This document shows positions 1 through 17,929 of a DNA stretch of 64,000 bases, in pieces. Positions within the stretch are counted from its first letter, which is position 1. Each line of letters starts with the position of its first letter. Made by a program: the position numbers and the translations under genes. Below the pieces are notes generated by a model, which saw only the letters and a program-made list of their open reading frames with translations, was not told the DNA's origin and made no database searches. Source of the stretch: the human T2T-CHM13v2.0 reference genome, Homo sapiens; NCBI RefSeq assembly GCF_009914755.1, contig NC_060925.1. One strand, written 5' to 3'.

Positions 1-578
1 ATCCCTTTGCATACTTCTGCCTGTGCTTGATACTGTGTTCATCCACTCCCCTATGGATATCCTTCTTGGCAGGTTTGATAGTTGGTTTCTTTGGGAACCA
101 ACTAAGCCTAGGAGACAGCTGAGAACCCAGTTAGTGGCAAAAGTCAGTTTCTTCTAGGTAGAGTGAGTATAGAAGGCCTCACTAATGTTGAGATCAGGAC
201 TGGGTCTCACTGAAGCTTCTAAGTTTTAAAATTCTATTCCTTCTTCACCCCACATTTGCTTTGAGGCACACCTCTGGATGACTTGTGTGATTTGCATTTT
301 GCTTTTTTAGGAAGAGGAAGGCGTAGCAGTGTCCTAGAAAGTTTACTGGGCTTTTTTTTTTTTTTCTTTACCTTAAAAGCTTTTGAAGTAAAGCTAAGAC
401 TCTGTGTGTGTGAGAGACTCCTTTTCTACGCAGCCCCACATTCTTTGTCTCTAATGTCCACTCTGGTGTGGGGTCTGTTGATTCGGTGATACCGAACAAT
501 TAGAAGGAACAGAGATGGACAAACAACTGATTTTTAAAGGAGAAATCCTGGAGTTCTGTGTTTTCTGGGGGCTTGGAA

Positions 579-1112
<534 letters not shown>

Positions 1113-1164
1113 TACTCTGAATTCTTAATTCTAAAATTGTATGCAGTCCTTTTAGGCAGATACC

Positions 1165-1228
1165 ATTAAAATAAAATTGATTTGGGGGTACATGTGCCAG
1201 TTTGTTACATGGATATATTGCATAGTGG
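1165..1228 (-). mobile_element. Extremely 5'-truncated L1 3'-end fragment
   Basis: gggggtacatgtgccagtttgttacatgg resembles an antisense L1P 3' terminus; flanked by exact 12-bp TSD taggcagatacc. Confidence 0.7.
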
Positions 1229-1520
1229 TAGGCAGATACCGTTTGAATACAAATTCATATCACTGGTTCTCTGCTCTCATTCATGTTTGGAGATACCTCT
1301 TAGCTTCCCTTTTCCTGGGTTCAGGAGACGTTCTGAGTAGAAGTAGCCTTTCATCTGGCATCAAGGGAGTTTGGTAGATGGCAGGGTGAAAGGACGTAGA
1401 GAACTGAGGGTGCCTTGGGATTGGTGAGTCACAAAATCATTCCATAAACTCTGGCTCTTTAGTGGCATCTGCTGACACCCTTGCCCAGATTCCTGACTCC
1501 TGCATTTTTTTCTTTTCCAG

Positions 1521-1664
1521 TTTAAGCGGCTGCAGGGCAAGAGGAACCGAGGGAGAGAAGAAATCAACTTTGTGGAGATCAAAGGTGATGACCAGCTCAG
1601 TGGGGCCCAGCAATGGATGACTAAGTCATTGACAGAAGAGAAAACCATGAAGTCATTCAGCAAA
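1521..1664 (+). CDS. PRCC: PRCC third-last coding exon (FKRLQGKRNRGREEINFVEIKGDDQLSG...KSFSK, 48 codons)
   Basis: ttttccag acceptor, gtaagt donor, phase 0/0; matches the recalled PRCC C-terminal domain. Confidence 0.96.
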
Positions 1665-2140
1665 GTAAGTGGGAAACGTCTATTGAGTGGTCAGCTTGGG
1701 AAGCTGCAAAGCAAAATCTTGTCTTACTCCCCGTCTTGACCCCACACCCCATTGTTATTGTCACAGCACCTTTAGCAAACACATTTTGCCCATGGTACTG
1801 GAGTATGCACTAAACCTCACAGATACAGCTCCTGCCCTCTAGAACTTTGCAGGACTTTAACAGCTCTGCAGCTGGATGGGGGGTCTGGTTGCTGAGATCG
1901 AGTAGTTGGTGAGGCCTCCCAGCCTGTGGTTGTGGCTTCTTCTCAGGCTGCACAGAATCCACAGCTGCTCTACTCTTGCCATACAGTCAGATCCTTCTTT
2001 CCTTTTTTTGATTTAAAGTTTTTTGCTTTTTTTGTTTTAATTTTTATTCTTTTAAAATACTATCTTCTTCCTTTCCTTCCCTCCCTCCCTCCTTTCCTCC
2101 TTTCCTCCTTCCTTCCTTCCAATTGTTTTCATTTTCTGGT

Positions 2141-2484
<344 letters not shown>

Positions 2485-4128
2485 TGAGGTGTGGGCACAA
2501 CAGCACCTCAGAAATCCTGGAGTCCCTAGATTCTGAGCATGCAACTCTTCTGTGTTCTCTTCATTATTGATGGTAGCCAGCTGTAGTCTTTCCAGTGCTT
2601 TTATTCATCACATTTCCCACACCACACTCCTGCCTTCTCTGTCCTAGTTTTCTTCAGTCAGTATGATGAACATTTCTTCACCTAGTAGCTGAGAACAGCA
2701 AATGTGGACATTTATGAGCCTGCCACCGGAGGGGAAATGTGGGAAAACCCTGGACTTGAGCCCAGCACCAGCGAGACCAAGGTCGAGGATTTTGTTCCCT
2801 TTTCCTCCCCCCATTTGCTTTGCTTTGTTCTATGGCCACAGATGGCCACACAAGCCCCAGCCGTTTGTTTTAACTGAATGCTGGCGGTCATACAGGACAG
2901 AGCAAAGGACTGTGGTTAGATCAGCATAGATCCATCACTGTTTACTGGAAAAACCACTTAGGAGAGCATGCTCTACCAACTGTGGGTCGAGAAGCATAGT
3001 CACATAGTAATAGCTACTGTTGTTAATGCTCACTGTGGGCCAGGAATGGAGCTGGATGTTTTATGTGTGTCATCTTTAACTGTCACATTAAATGACATTA
3101 AATAGCAGCAAGCAATTAGTATTTGCTATTTTCCTATCTCCAAGTTTTCTTGCCACCGTCTCATTATATTGAACTAGATTTTGTTAAAAGGAGAAAAAGA
3201 TATGGTCCTTGTCCTTGAGGAGTTGACAGCATAGTTGGGAAGAAGAGATTTAAGGACACTTGAGTGTAAATGATTACAGTACAGATTGATGACATAAGTG
3301 CTGAGGAGACTCTAGAGAGGAGTTTTGGGAGTTGGGTGGAGATGATTAGGAAGCTTCTAGTCTGAGACAACTCTGGCAGAGGACAGAAAAACCGCAGAAT
3401 GAAAGCCCAGACCAATATAGACTTTGACAGTAAATCATTTGCATCGAAGTTTGGTTACGGGTTCAGTGCAGTTACGGGCGGAGGCTGGAAGACTGGGGAG
3501 AGGTAGAGTGATTGTGAAATTTCTAATTCCAGGGAAGCTGCTGGCACTTACTAGAATGGGGAAGGCAGGGGTTTTAGCCAGAGGTGATTGATGGGAGCGA
3601 GCTTGATAAGCAGTAGGTGGGAGACAGGCTAGACATCTGGCTTGACTGGGGAGAGGGGGACAGAGATGAAGAGAGTTTGAAGGGAGATGGGCACAGGGAT
3701 TGTGGGAGGGCCTGGCAGGGGGGCAGAAGGTCACCTGTGCCCTGGCCCACAAACTGTTTCAGACTGACTGCACGCAGTTAAACTGGTCTCAGATGTCCAC
3801 AGCAGACAGAACCCCATGCTGGGTGCTAGGGGTGGGGTGGGATTACCAAAGACGCAGAAGACAGTCCTGACCTCAAAGCATTTCCAGTCTAGTGGGGGAT
3901 ATTAGCAGGCTATTTCAGGCAAGTGTTCTGAGCTGGGTTTTTTGTATAATGGCTTTAATAAAAATAAAGGCTTTGTAGTATATAGAGGTAAAAACAGCTC
4001 CAACTTTTCTCCCCCAGGATTTGGGCTGTGGAATTGGCTTCTCAGCCCCTAACACCACACCATCTGGGCACATGAGAAACTTCTGCTTTCATCCTGTGGA
4101 TTAATGAATATGTTTTCTTCTCTTGCAG

Positions 4129-4194
4129 AAGAAAGGTGAGCAGCCAACAGGCCAGCAGCGGCGGAAACACCAGATCACATATCTTATTCATCAG
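4129..4194 (+). CDS. PRCC: PRCC penultimate exon (KKGEQPTGQQRRKHQITYLIHQ)
   Basis: ttgcag acceptor, gtgaga donor, 66 nt in frame; conserved RRKHQITYL motif. Confidence 0.96.
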
Positions 4195-4794
4195 GTGAGA
4201 GACAGCTGAGGGCTCTGGCTCAGGCAGGATCTCTGTAAATCTGGGAATTTGAAGGCTGAGATACGAGTTAGAAGCCCAGATGCTTATCTTTTAGCAGCCC
4301 ATCTTTTAGCAGGCATCCTCTCCTATTCTCAGAGCGGCCACTAGGAGGGGATACATCCTTCAGAATTATCCTGCTCTACTTCAGTCTCAATGCAGATAAG
4401 ATTCAGGTGCAGGTGCTTAGAATAAAACTCTTAAGTGAAAATCCAGATATCCAAAACATAATGTAAGAGGAGAGTGAAATGGTTTATCATAGGGTTCTTT
4501 TAAATAGCAGGTTTCTCTAGTAATTTAAAAAACTTAAAAAAAAAGTTGATTCACCAACTTAGCCAAACATCCACCTGATGAAGAGGTTGGTTTTATATTC
4601 TTCACTTCTGTGGCAGGGAACATCAACACAAATAATTCAGAATTACAGGTAATCCAAAAATGTCTTTTGAAACTGGAATATGTCTTGGTATTTATTTAAT
4701 ATGACTGGGCAGCTTTCAAATACAGTTGACCCTTGACCAACACAGAGGGTTAGGGATGCCAGCACCCTAAACAGTCAAAAATCTGCGTATAACA

Positions 4795-5012
4795 TTTTTT
4801 TTTTCCCTTTTTGGAGACAGGGGTCTTACTCTGTCACCCAGGCTGGAGTGCAGTGGTACAATCATGGCTTACTGCAGCTGCCGTCTCCTGGGCTCAAATG
4901 ATCCTCCTACCTCAGTCTCCTAAGTAGCTGGGACCACAGGTGTGTGCCATCACACCCAGCTAATTTAACAATTTTTTTGTAGAGATAGGATCTTCCTGTG
5001 TAGCCCAGGCTA
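4795..5012 (-). mobile_element. Truncated AluJ nested in Tigger2
   Basis: Antisense right arm plus part of left arm. Confidence 0.85.
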
Positions 5013-5426
5013 TGTGTATAATTTTCGATTCCCCTAACAGCTAACTACTAATTGCCTACTGTTGACCAGAATCCTTACCGATAACACATATTTTGTATTT
5101 TGCAAAATGTGCTGGGTTGTCACACCTGCTGGCATAGCTGCAGCGATAGCAACAACTTCACAAATTTCCTTTTTTTTGAGACAGAGTCTCGCTCTGTTGC
5201 CAGGCTGGAGTGCAGTGGCACAATTCCTTTTCTTTTTTCACAGTGGTCCTTATGCTAGATTCATTTATCTTGAAGTGGCAGGCAACTGCAGCTGCAGACC
5301 CCAGTCTACGGAACGTACCAAACAAGTCAGCTTTTTCTTGTAATGTCATGACTTTTCTCTGCTGCTTGGGAGCACTTCAGCATGACTAGCAGCACTTCGT
5401 ATGGGTCTTATGGTGTTAAGATTTAT

Positions 5427-5908
<482 letters not shown>

Positions 5909-7226
5909 CTACAGTGAATTTTATGCAGTTAAGATTTAATGCTGTATCTTTTTGTTGATGTTTCTCTTGACTACAAATGGCACCATGTATGATCTGTATT
6001 TGTGTGTGTACATTTTGATAAATTTTAACTTTCTATAGATTTGTGTATATTTTATGGTAGTAATGATAAAAATAGACTAGTACCTACATATATTTTATGC
6101 ATTCACAACATACCTTTTTCTTAGTTTTTTTAGTATTTCTAAGTTACACAGTTTGTGTTTTCAAGTTGTCACGAATTTCCAAAAAAGTTCTAATATATTA
6201 AATATTTATGAGAAAAAAACCCATGTATGAGTGGACCTGTGCAGCTCAAACTCATGTTAAGGGTCAACTGTATTTAGTCATTAAATATCTTTTTAAGACT
6301 TATTGAACTAAATGGTGTCAAAGATACAGACATGAATAAGACCCTTTCCTGGCCCCTTTCCTGGGAAGTGTACATTCTGGTTGGTGATTTCATGGCAAAT
6401 CTTGCTTTCATTGTTTTTGTCATATTTTCACCTTCCTTTCAGGAACTCCTTTGTACTCTTTCCCTGTCTTGTGGTTTGTAGGGAAAGGATTTGAGAGTAG
6501 GATATTATTTAAACTCAATCTCTTAACCCCCACCCCAAATTCCAAAGGAGATGAGCAGGCATCAGATAACTTTTGGAGGGTCTTGAGAATCCCCTTTCTA
6601 GGGTGGTACTTCTACATTCCAGAATGTGGTATAGAGCCAGGAGTTGTTGAGATCAGAAGAAAGAAGTCATTCTTGTACCTCTCAGTTTTTCACAGCTTCA
6701 GTCATTACTTTAAAATCCTTTGAATTTCTAAGGTACCACACACTGTATTCAACACAACTGCAAAACTGTATCTCCAGGCTAAGCAATTGTTTGTTGGTGT
6801 TCTGTTTTGACTGGTCCAGAGGAGCCTTTGAGACTGTCCTCTCCTACTCTGCCGGCTGGGTGTCTAAGAGAGCTGATTGTCTTCCTCTCTAAGAGAGCTG
6901 ATTTTCTTCCTTTTAGATGCTAAATTCTAGTTTTCATTTGCCCATTTCCTATTTCACCTTTTGAGTTTTAATTCTACTAGAGGAAGCACCAGGATTCTTG
7001 AGTCTTTATTTTGCTTAAACCTTGATAACTGTCCAAAGAAATGATTTTTCTTTGCTTTCTTGGGGCCTTTCCCTTTTACTTTGATAAGTCTTTCAAGGGG
7101 TTTGCAGTTCCCCCATAATCGTTTTGATAGGAGAAAGATTTTAAATTGGGAAGCTCACAGAGGCAAGAGGACAGCGTTTCTCAGAATTCCAGTTTGACCC
7201 TCCCCTACCCTTCTTCCTTGCCACAG

Positions 7227-7313
7227 GCCAAGGAGCGGGAGCTGGAACTGAAGAACACCTGGTCAGAGAACAAGCTCAGCCGCCGTCAGACCCAAGCCAA
7301 ATATGGATTCTAG
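7227..7313 (+). CDS. PRCC: PRCC last coding exon (AKERELELKNTWSENKLSRRQTQAKYGF*)
   Basis: ccacag acceptor; conserved KYGF terminus; TAG at 7311-7313. Confidence 0.96.
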   Translation, partial: AKERELELKNTWSENKLSRRQTQAKYGF

Positions 7314-7645
7314 GGCTCTGGAACTGATTGCTCCCAGGATCTCCTGCCAGCCCAGCTGGCCTGGCCCCCAGCTTCACCTCTGGGACCCCAGCTGCTCTAA
7401 GCCCAGGATCTCTTTCCCCAAGGACCCAGCCCTCGCCTCTGCGAGAATGAACATATTTGATAGATTTTTCTTAACAAGTTAGAAAATTCAGCTCCTTTCT
7501 GTCCTGGAGCTAGCAAAGACTTGTGTGATGCCTCCGAAGGGGCTCTGAGTTCTGGGGTGGGAGTTTTGCTCTCTGTCAGGTGTGATAAAATGTTGAACCC
7601 TCCCCACCACCACTTTTTTTTTTTTAAACCAGGGATGTCTGTTGA

Positions 7646-7651
7646 AATAAA
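7646..7651 (+). terminator. PRCC: PRCC polyadenylation signal AATAAA
   Basis: AATAAA ~330 nt after the stop, U-rich upstream, GU-rich downstream. Confidence 0.85.
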
Positions 7652-8034
7652 ACATTCAGTCTGACAAACATTGCCTGCCCTGTCCCTGGATTTGTGTTTA
7701 CCTTGTGTAAAGCACCTTCCAAATGATCTTGAGCTGCCTGATTGCTTTGCTATTTTTCCTCTCTATCCACCATCTAGCTGGGTTTGTGGCCATTGGAAAC
7801 CCTAGAAATGGTATGCACAACTTTATATGAGGCAGGATGATTTTCAGAGAGGCCTGTGATCCCAAATATGTATTGCCAATCTCAGGTACCTCTGGAGACT
7901 GGGTGAAGTCAGGAGGTTTTTTCTGTAGTACAAAATAGTGTCAGGCATAAAAATCCTATCCAGCAGGAGGTAAAGTGGCAAAATCCCTGTCCCTGAAGAT
8001 GATTCAGATTGACGCTGGTAGTCACTGGTCTGGA

Positions 8035-11910
<3,876 letters not shown>

Positions 11911-11962
11911 CTGAGGATAATCCAGGGGCAGACACAGCCCTGCCTTAGAAAGCCCCCTGTCT

Positions 11963-12535
<573 letters not shown>

Positions 12536-13104
12536 TCCCCAGTCTGAGACAAAAGTAAGACCCAGGGCATATGCCAGAGCCCCAGAGTGTAGAGCTTTGC
12601 ACGGGAACAGGAGGCTGGCTCTGAAGTGGGTCTGGGCAGAGAATGGGGAAGCAAGAGGGATAGGGGAGAGAATGGGGTCCTGATTGAGGCAAAGGGCCTA
12701 AGCCCAAGAGGCTGGGAAGATGAGAGGCCTGGAGCCAGTTCCGAGGGGATTCCTGTCCTCTAAGGGGCTCACACACACATCTTCCTCCTCCCGAGTCCTG
12801 TACTTGGCAGGGCGGTTGCAGAGGAGGTGAAGGGGCTGTCCCTCAACTGCTCACCTCTCTGCCCCTCTTTCTTTATGCCTCAGGTGGTATAGCCACCCCT
12901 ATGTCCCTGGCTGCCTACTCAACCCATCCCAGCTAAAGAAGGAATAGTTTGCAGAGGTCTGTATTCCTGGCCTTGGTGTCTGTCAATCCTCAAGCCCCTC
13001 CACCCTCACTGCAGTGGCAGTTCAACTCCTTGCCTTCCACAGTATGAGAGAGAGAAAGTCAGAGACAGAAACAGAAGGAGCCTGGAGGACTTGAATCCCT
13101 GTAG

Positions 13105-13426
13105 GAGAAGGCAGTTGGTGATGATTTATTAGCCAGACAAGAATCAACAAACAAGTTCTAACATCTGTTCTCACCAAACCATTCCTCAGACAACAGCAGC
13201 ATTGGACCAGGGCCCAGACTCAAAAGGCTCAGAGGGCCAAGGAAATTAGACTCCAGGAGGAGAAACCAGGACAGTGGGAGCTAACAGGGCCCTCCTTGCA
13301 CACTTCTTTGCTGTCTTAGATCACCAAGGACTGAGCCATTGGATTCTTGGGATCTTCTTAGGAGGGAGCAGGCTCCGCATTTGCTTCTCTGACCTCCAGG
13401 CTTCTTTGTTGGGGGTCAGGCCAGAC
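13105..13426 (-). other. SH2D2A: SH2D2A non-coding terminal exon (3'UTR)
   Basis: Acceptor ccccctgacag at 13427-28; AATAAA (tttatt 13125-13130); lower end approximate. Confidence 0.8.
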
Positions 13427-14030
13427 CTGTCAGGGGGACAGAGTTAAGCCAGGATCCACAGGAGGGGACCAATGAAGCACCCAGGCCTCCATGCAGTAGA
13501 ACTCTGGAAAGTGGCCAGACTTCCTGTTTGAGGAAATCTCTGATGTTTCCTATGGACTTGAGTTTGTGGATGTGTGGTAAGGAACAAAGCACTAAACAGG
13601 GAATCAGGAAGCCTGGTTCTAGTCCTTGACCTTGGCCAAGTCACTGTCCCTCTCAGGCTATGTTTTCTTCTCCGCATAGTGAGGGAGCTGAATTTGATCA
13701 CTAAGGACAAATGTAATGCTGCTCATCCTCCCGCTCTTACCCGTGGCAGACATCACTAATCAATCATGTGCTTTTTTTCTGCTGAGTTCAGATATGACCT
13801 TAACATCCTTTCCAATGCAGCACTCTAGGCAGCCACGACCAATGGATTGGAGTTGGCATGCAAGATGACACCTCTTTGCCATCCTTGCAATAGATGATGG
13901 CTGAGCTCCTTTCCAGCTTTGAACACCTATGGTTTATTCCATCCACATTTCTTGAGAAGTGTGCCAGGTGTGTGTGAAGGTCTCTGGACCTGATGCTCCA
14001 AGTTATCCTCACCAAGCTCAGACTTACCGC

Positions 14031-14198
14031 CTACTGAGGAGGCCCAAGGGGAAGCCATGCCTGTCCTCTGTCCTGAAGCACCTGTCTAGAAAGATTGTGG
14101 GGGAGGGTGTGTCTCCAGGCGGGTGGGGGCTGGTGGGGCAGGGGAGGGCCTTGCCCAATCACAGAGTTCTCAGAATGCAGCTGGGAGCCACCTGTATT
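14031..14198 (-). CDS. SH2D2A: SH2D2A exon 8 CDS (NTGGSQLHSENS...WLPLGPPQ*)
   Basis: ctgcag acceptor, TAG at 14031-33, gtaagt donor 3 nt later. Confidence 0.95.
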   Translation of the reverse strand, partial: NTGGSQLHSENSVIGQGPPLPHQPPPAWRHTLPHNLSRQVLQDRGQAWLPLGPPQ

Positions 14199-14312
14199 CT
14201 GCAGAGAGAAGGACAGTTCTAGGTCACACCCTCTACCCTCTGCCTCCTAGGTGTACTTGCAGTCTCAAGACATCTGATCTGAACAGACTTTGGCTTCCAG
14301 AGAGGGTATCTA

Positions 14313-15310
14313 AACTCCTCTCATTCATTAATTCAACAAACATCTCCTGAGCACCTGCTCTGTGCCAGGCACTGGGCTGGGTGCTTTGGAAACAGATGGG
14401 TAAGTCCCAGCCCCTCCCTTCAGGGAACTCACACTCTAAACTAGGGAAGGGACAGAGAGAAGGAGATGGGAGGAGATGGATGTCTCAGGTGATCAGTGGC
14501 ATGGCAGGTGTGTGTAAGGCACAGGGGGTGGCCTCTGAGAAGGGAAAGCTGGTCTTGAAGGATGATTAGAAAGTTGCCAGGCAGCGGGAGGATGAGGTTG
14601 CAGGAAGTTGCTATAGGCAGAGATACTGGCGGGTGCAAACCCCAGGAGGCTTGAAACCACTTGGTGAGTTTAGAGAAATGTGAATCATTCTAGGAGAATG
14701 GGAGTGGCTGGTGGTAAGGCTAAGGAGGTGAGACCCCCCACCCAACCCAAGTCTAGAGTGCTTCATGGGCCAGGCAGCTGCTTCAGCAAGACCATTCTGG
14801 CTCTTTGGTGCAGAGTGGATCAGAAGTGGCAAGAATGGTGGTTAGGAAACCAGTTAAGAAGCTCTTGGGAGCCAGGTGAGGTGGCTCGAGCCTGTAATCT
14901 CAGCTGAGGTGGGAGGATCACTTGCACCCAGGAGTTCAAGTTTGCAGTGAGCTATGATTGTGCCACTGCACTCCAGCCTGGGTGACAAAGCCAGACCCCA
15001 ATGATGGGGGCTGGAGCTGGGGGAAGGAAAAATATACTTAGGAAGAGATCCAGCAGGAATGAGTGGCTTACTGGGGGAGTAAAGAGGGAGCTGTGCTGAG
15101 GGAGCCCTGGGATTCTGGCTTGGCTAGCTGGGTAGCTGGAGAGTTAGCAATCAGGACAGTGAACATGGGACCGAGCTGTTTGTAGGGCAAGGGTGAGAGC
15201 GCTGTTGGCCGTGTTGAGTTTGAGGGGCTCAGGGATGCTGGGGGGAACTGACCAGAAGCTTGGAAAAAAGTTTGGACGGAGATATGGACAGGTGACGTTA
15301 GCTCTAGGAC
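14313..15310 (-). mobile_element. L2 fragments with a nested FLAM (~14869-15000,+)
   Basis: cattcattaattcaacaaacatctcctgagcacctgctctgtgccaggcact resembles an antisense L2 3' end. Confidence 0.65.
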
Positions 15311-16055
15311 AGCAGACGTTGGCAGGGGTGTGGGTGAGCGCGAGCAGGCTCAGGCTGAGCAGGGAGCCTGGGGCACCAGCAAGGAGGGAGGATGGGGAAG
15401 GGTCTGAGGAGGGAGGCTGGGGAAGGGCTTTGGGAGGGCCGCAGAGGCCGAGGGAGAGGGTGGGATGGCTGCTGGGGCTAACCCATGGCATGAGGTACTG
15501 ACTTGAAGGGTAGGCAAGAAGACTTAGGGCTGGGGAGAAGGAAGAGGGAGACAGGGAGTACACAGAAGCAGGCTGGGAGAGCAGGGTCCCCCTCCCCTGA
15601 GCTCACTGAGATGACATAAGGGAACCCAAGTGCTCTTTTTCTCCAGGACAGCAGGGCCGTGAAGGCCAAGGGAGAGAGCCAGAGAGGCACGGGGTGGGGT
15701 CAGCCCCAGGTGCGTCTGAAGAGGGCCTGCAGGACAAGATGGACGCAGATCAAAAAAGCCTCGATGTGGGAGGTGGAGGGGCACCCTGCCTGGGGGCCTC
15801 TGTTTTCTGTGTGAGATAGGAGGGCATGGGGGCTTGACAAAGATGAGGTCTGAGCGACTCTGGGGAGAAGAGGGGGCAGCCTCTGGGCCTGGAGAAGGGA
15901 GGCTGGTGCCTGGATCATTCTGTTCTTCCCACATCACCTCACACCTCTGCCCCTTACCCTGCCCCAGGCATCCACTCTGAACACCTTCTTCACCTTCCCC
16001 CATCTACCTGCAGGGAGACCTTCTTGCACCTACCTTTCCCTGCATACCCATTTAC

Positions 16056-16343
16056 CTGGCCTCCTGGGACAGGCCTGGACCAGCTCTTCCGTAGGACAGG
16101 GTGCCCAAGGGTGGCGGGTAGGCCCTCATCTTCCACTTCCACATAGATGTTGCTGGGGGCTTCCCCAGGGCTGCCCCGGCCCATGGCATAGAAAGCTATG
16201 GGTTCATCAGGCTCATTGTAGATAGGATTGGAGGGCTTGGGGCGTGGGGCCGGGCGGTGTCGTGGAACAGGGATTGTGTAGACTTCTGGGGGCAGCTGAG
16301 GTTTGGCGGGGATGGGAGGCTTGGGCCTGAGCAGCTGGGAGGG
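16056..16343 (-). CDS. SH2D2A: SH2D2A exon 7, proline-rich region with four tyrosines (VYTIP, IYNEP, FYAMG, IYVEV)
   Basis: 288 nt, phase 0/0, AG/GT boundaries. Confidence 0.96.
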
Positions 16344-16513
16344 CTGGGAGAGAAGGTGAGGCCAGGGAGGAGTGGGGTGAGGGAGGCAGGGTTAAAGCCC
16401 CAGCCTAACTCCCAGCCTGAGCCTCTGCCCCCGCTAGGCCCCTCCTCCTCCCCGCTGCCTGCACCCCCTCGCAGGCCTGTCCTCCCACTCCCTCAGCCCC
16501 TGCAGCCCAATAC

Positions 16514-16660
16514 CTCCTTCTCCCCGGCCCCCTCTTTCTGCATCGGGACTGGGGCTTGCCCCTGTTTGATGATTGGGCTGTACTGGGGGTTTGGGTCCTG
16601 GCTTTTGCTTCCAAAGTTTGATTCTTCGGTCCTCAGGGAAAGTCCTGCAGGCTCAGGAGT
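16514..16660 (-). CDS. SH2D2A: SH2D2A exon 6 (TPEPAGLSLR...GAGEKE)
   Basis: 147 nt, phase 0/0, AG/GT boundaries. Confidence 0.95.
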
Positions 16661-16894
16661 CTGCTGGGAAAGAAGGAGGTCTGAGGCACTCGGTGGAGCG
16701 TTGGGGTGGGGGAGGTGATCAGGAGGACAAAATAATCCAGTCTAAGTGGAGGATGGGGGAAGGGGGAGGAGCACAGAAATTTGGCCTGGGCTGGGTTCCC
16801 TGGATGAGGAAGAGGGGGTGGTGACGGCAGGGAGACCCAGGGTTGGATGGAGGCAGTGGTAAGCTCTGGTCACAGGCCATATCTAGCATTAAAG

Positions 16895-17191
<297 letters not shown>

Positions 17192-17374
17192 GCATTAAAC
17201 TTAATTTCTTCTGGAACACAGGGCCAGGCCAGATTCCATTTGTGCCTGTGGTTCTGAAAATGCAACATGGCTTTACACGTCTTTAACTGAAAAATTATTG
17301 ACATGGGGACCAATCTCCATGACAGCTGTGCTTGTGTTTATTTCTGTACTGCCGGTTACTTTATGGAAATATAA

Positions 17375-17673
<299 letters not shown>

Positions 17674-17929
17674 ATAAGCTAACATTTTTAAGGGCAGAGA
17701 CCACCTCAGGAGAGAGGAGCCCCATGTGGGATGGTTCCGTCTCACAGAGGGTCTGCTTTTAGCTCCGTGTTAGCCCTTGGTCCATGAATGCTGTCCCCAT
17801 GCCTGCTGCCACTGTAGGCTAAGGTCACAGGGCTTTTCTTGTGCTCCTGCAATCCACCAAGTGCATGTCTCCATCGGGAGGTGTACTGCAGATATACTGT
17901 GGAAATCAAAGAATTCTTTTTCCTGCCCT

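Noticed and set aside
4334-4352. CTCF site gcggccactaggagggg
   Set aside because: The 3' half departs from the core; too weak to call
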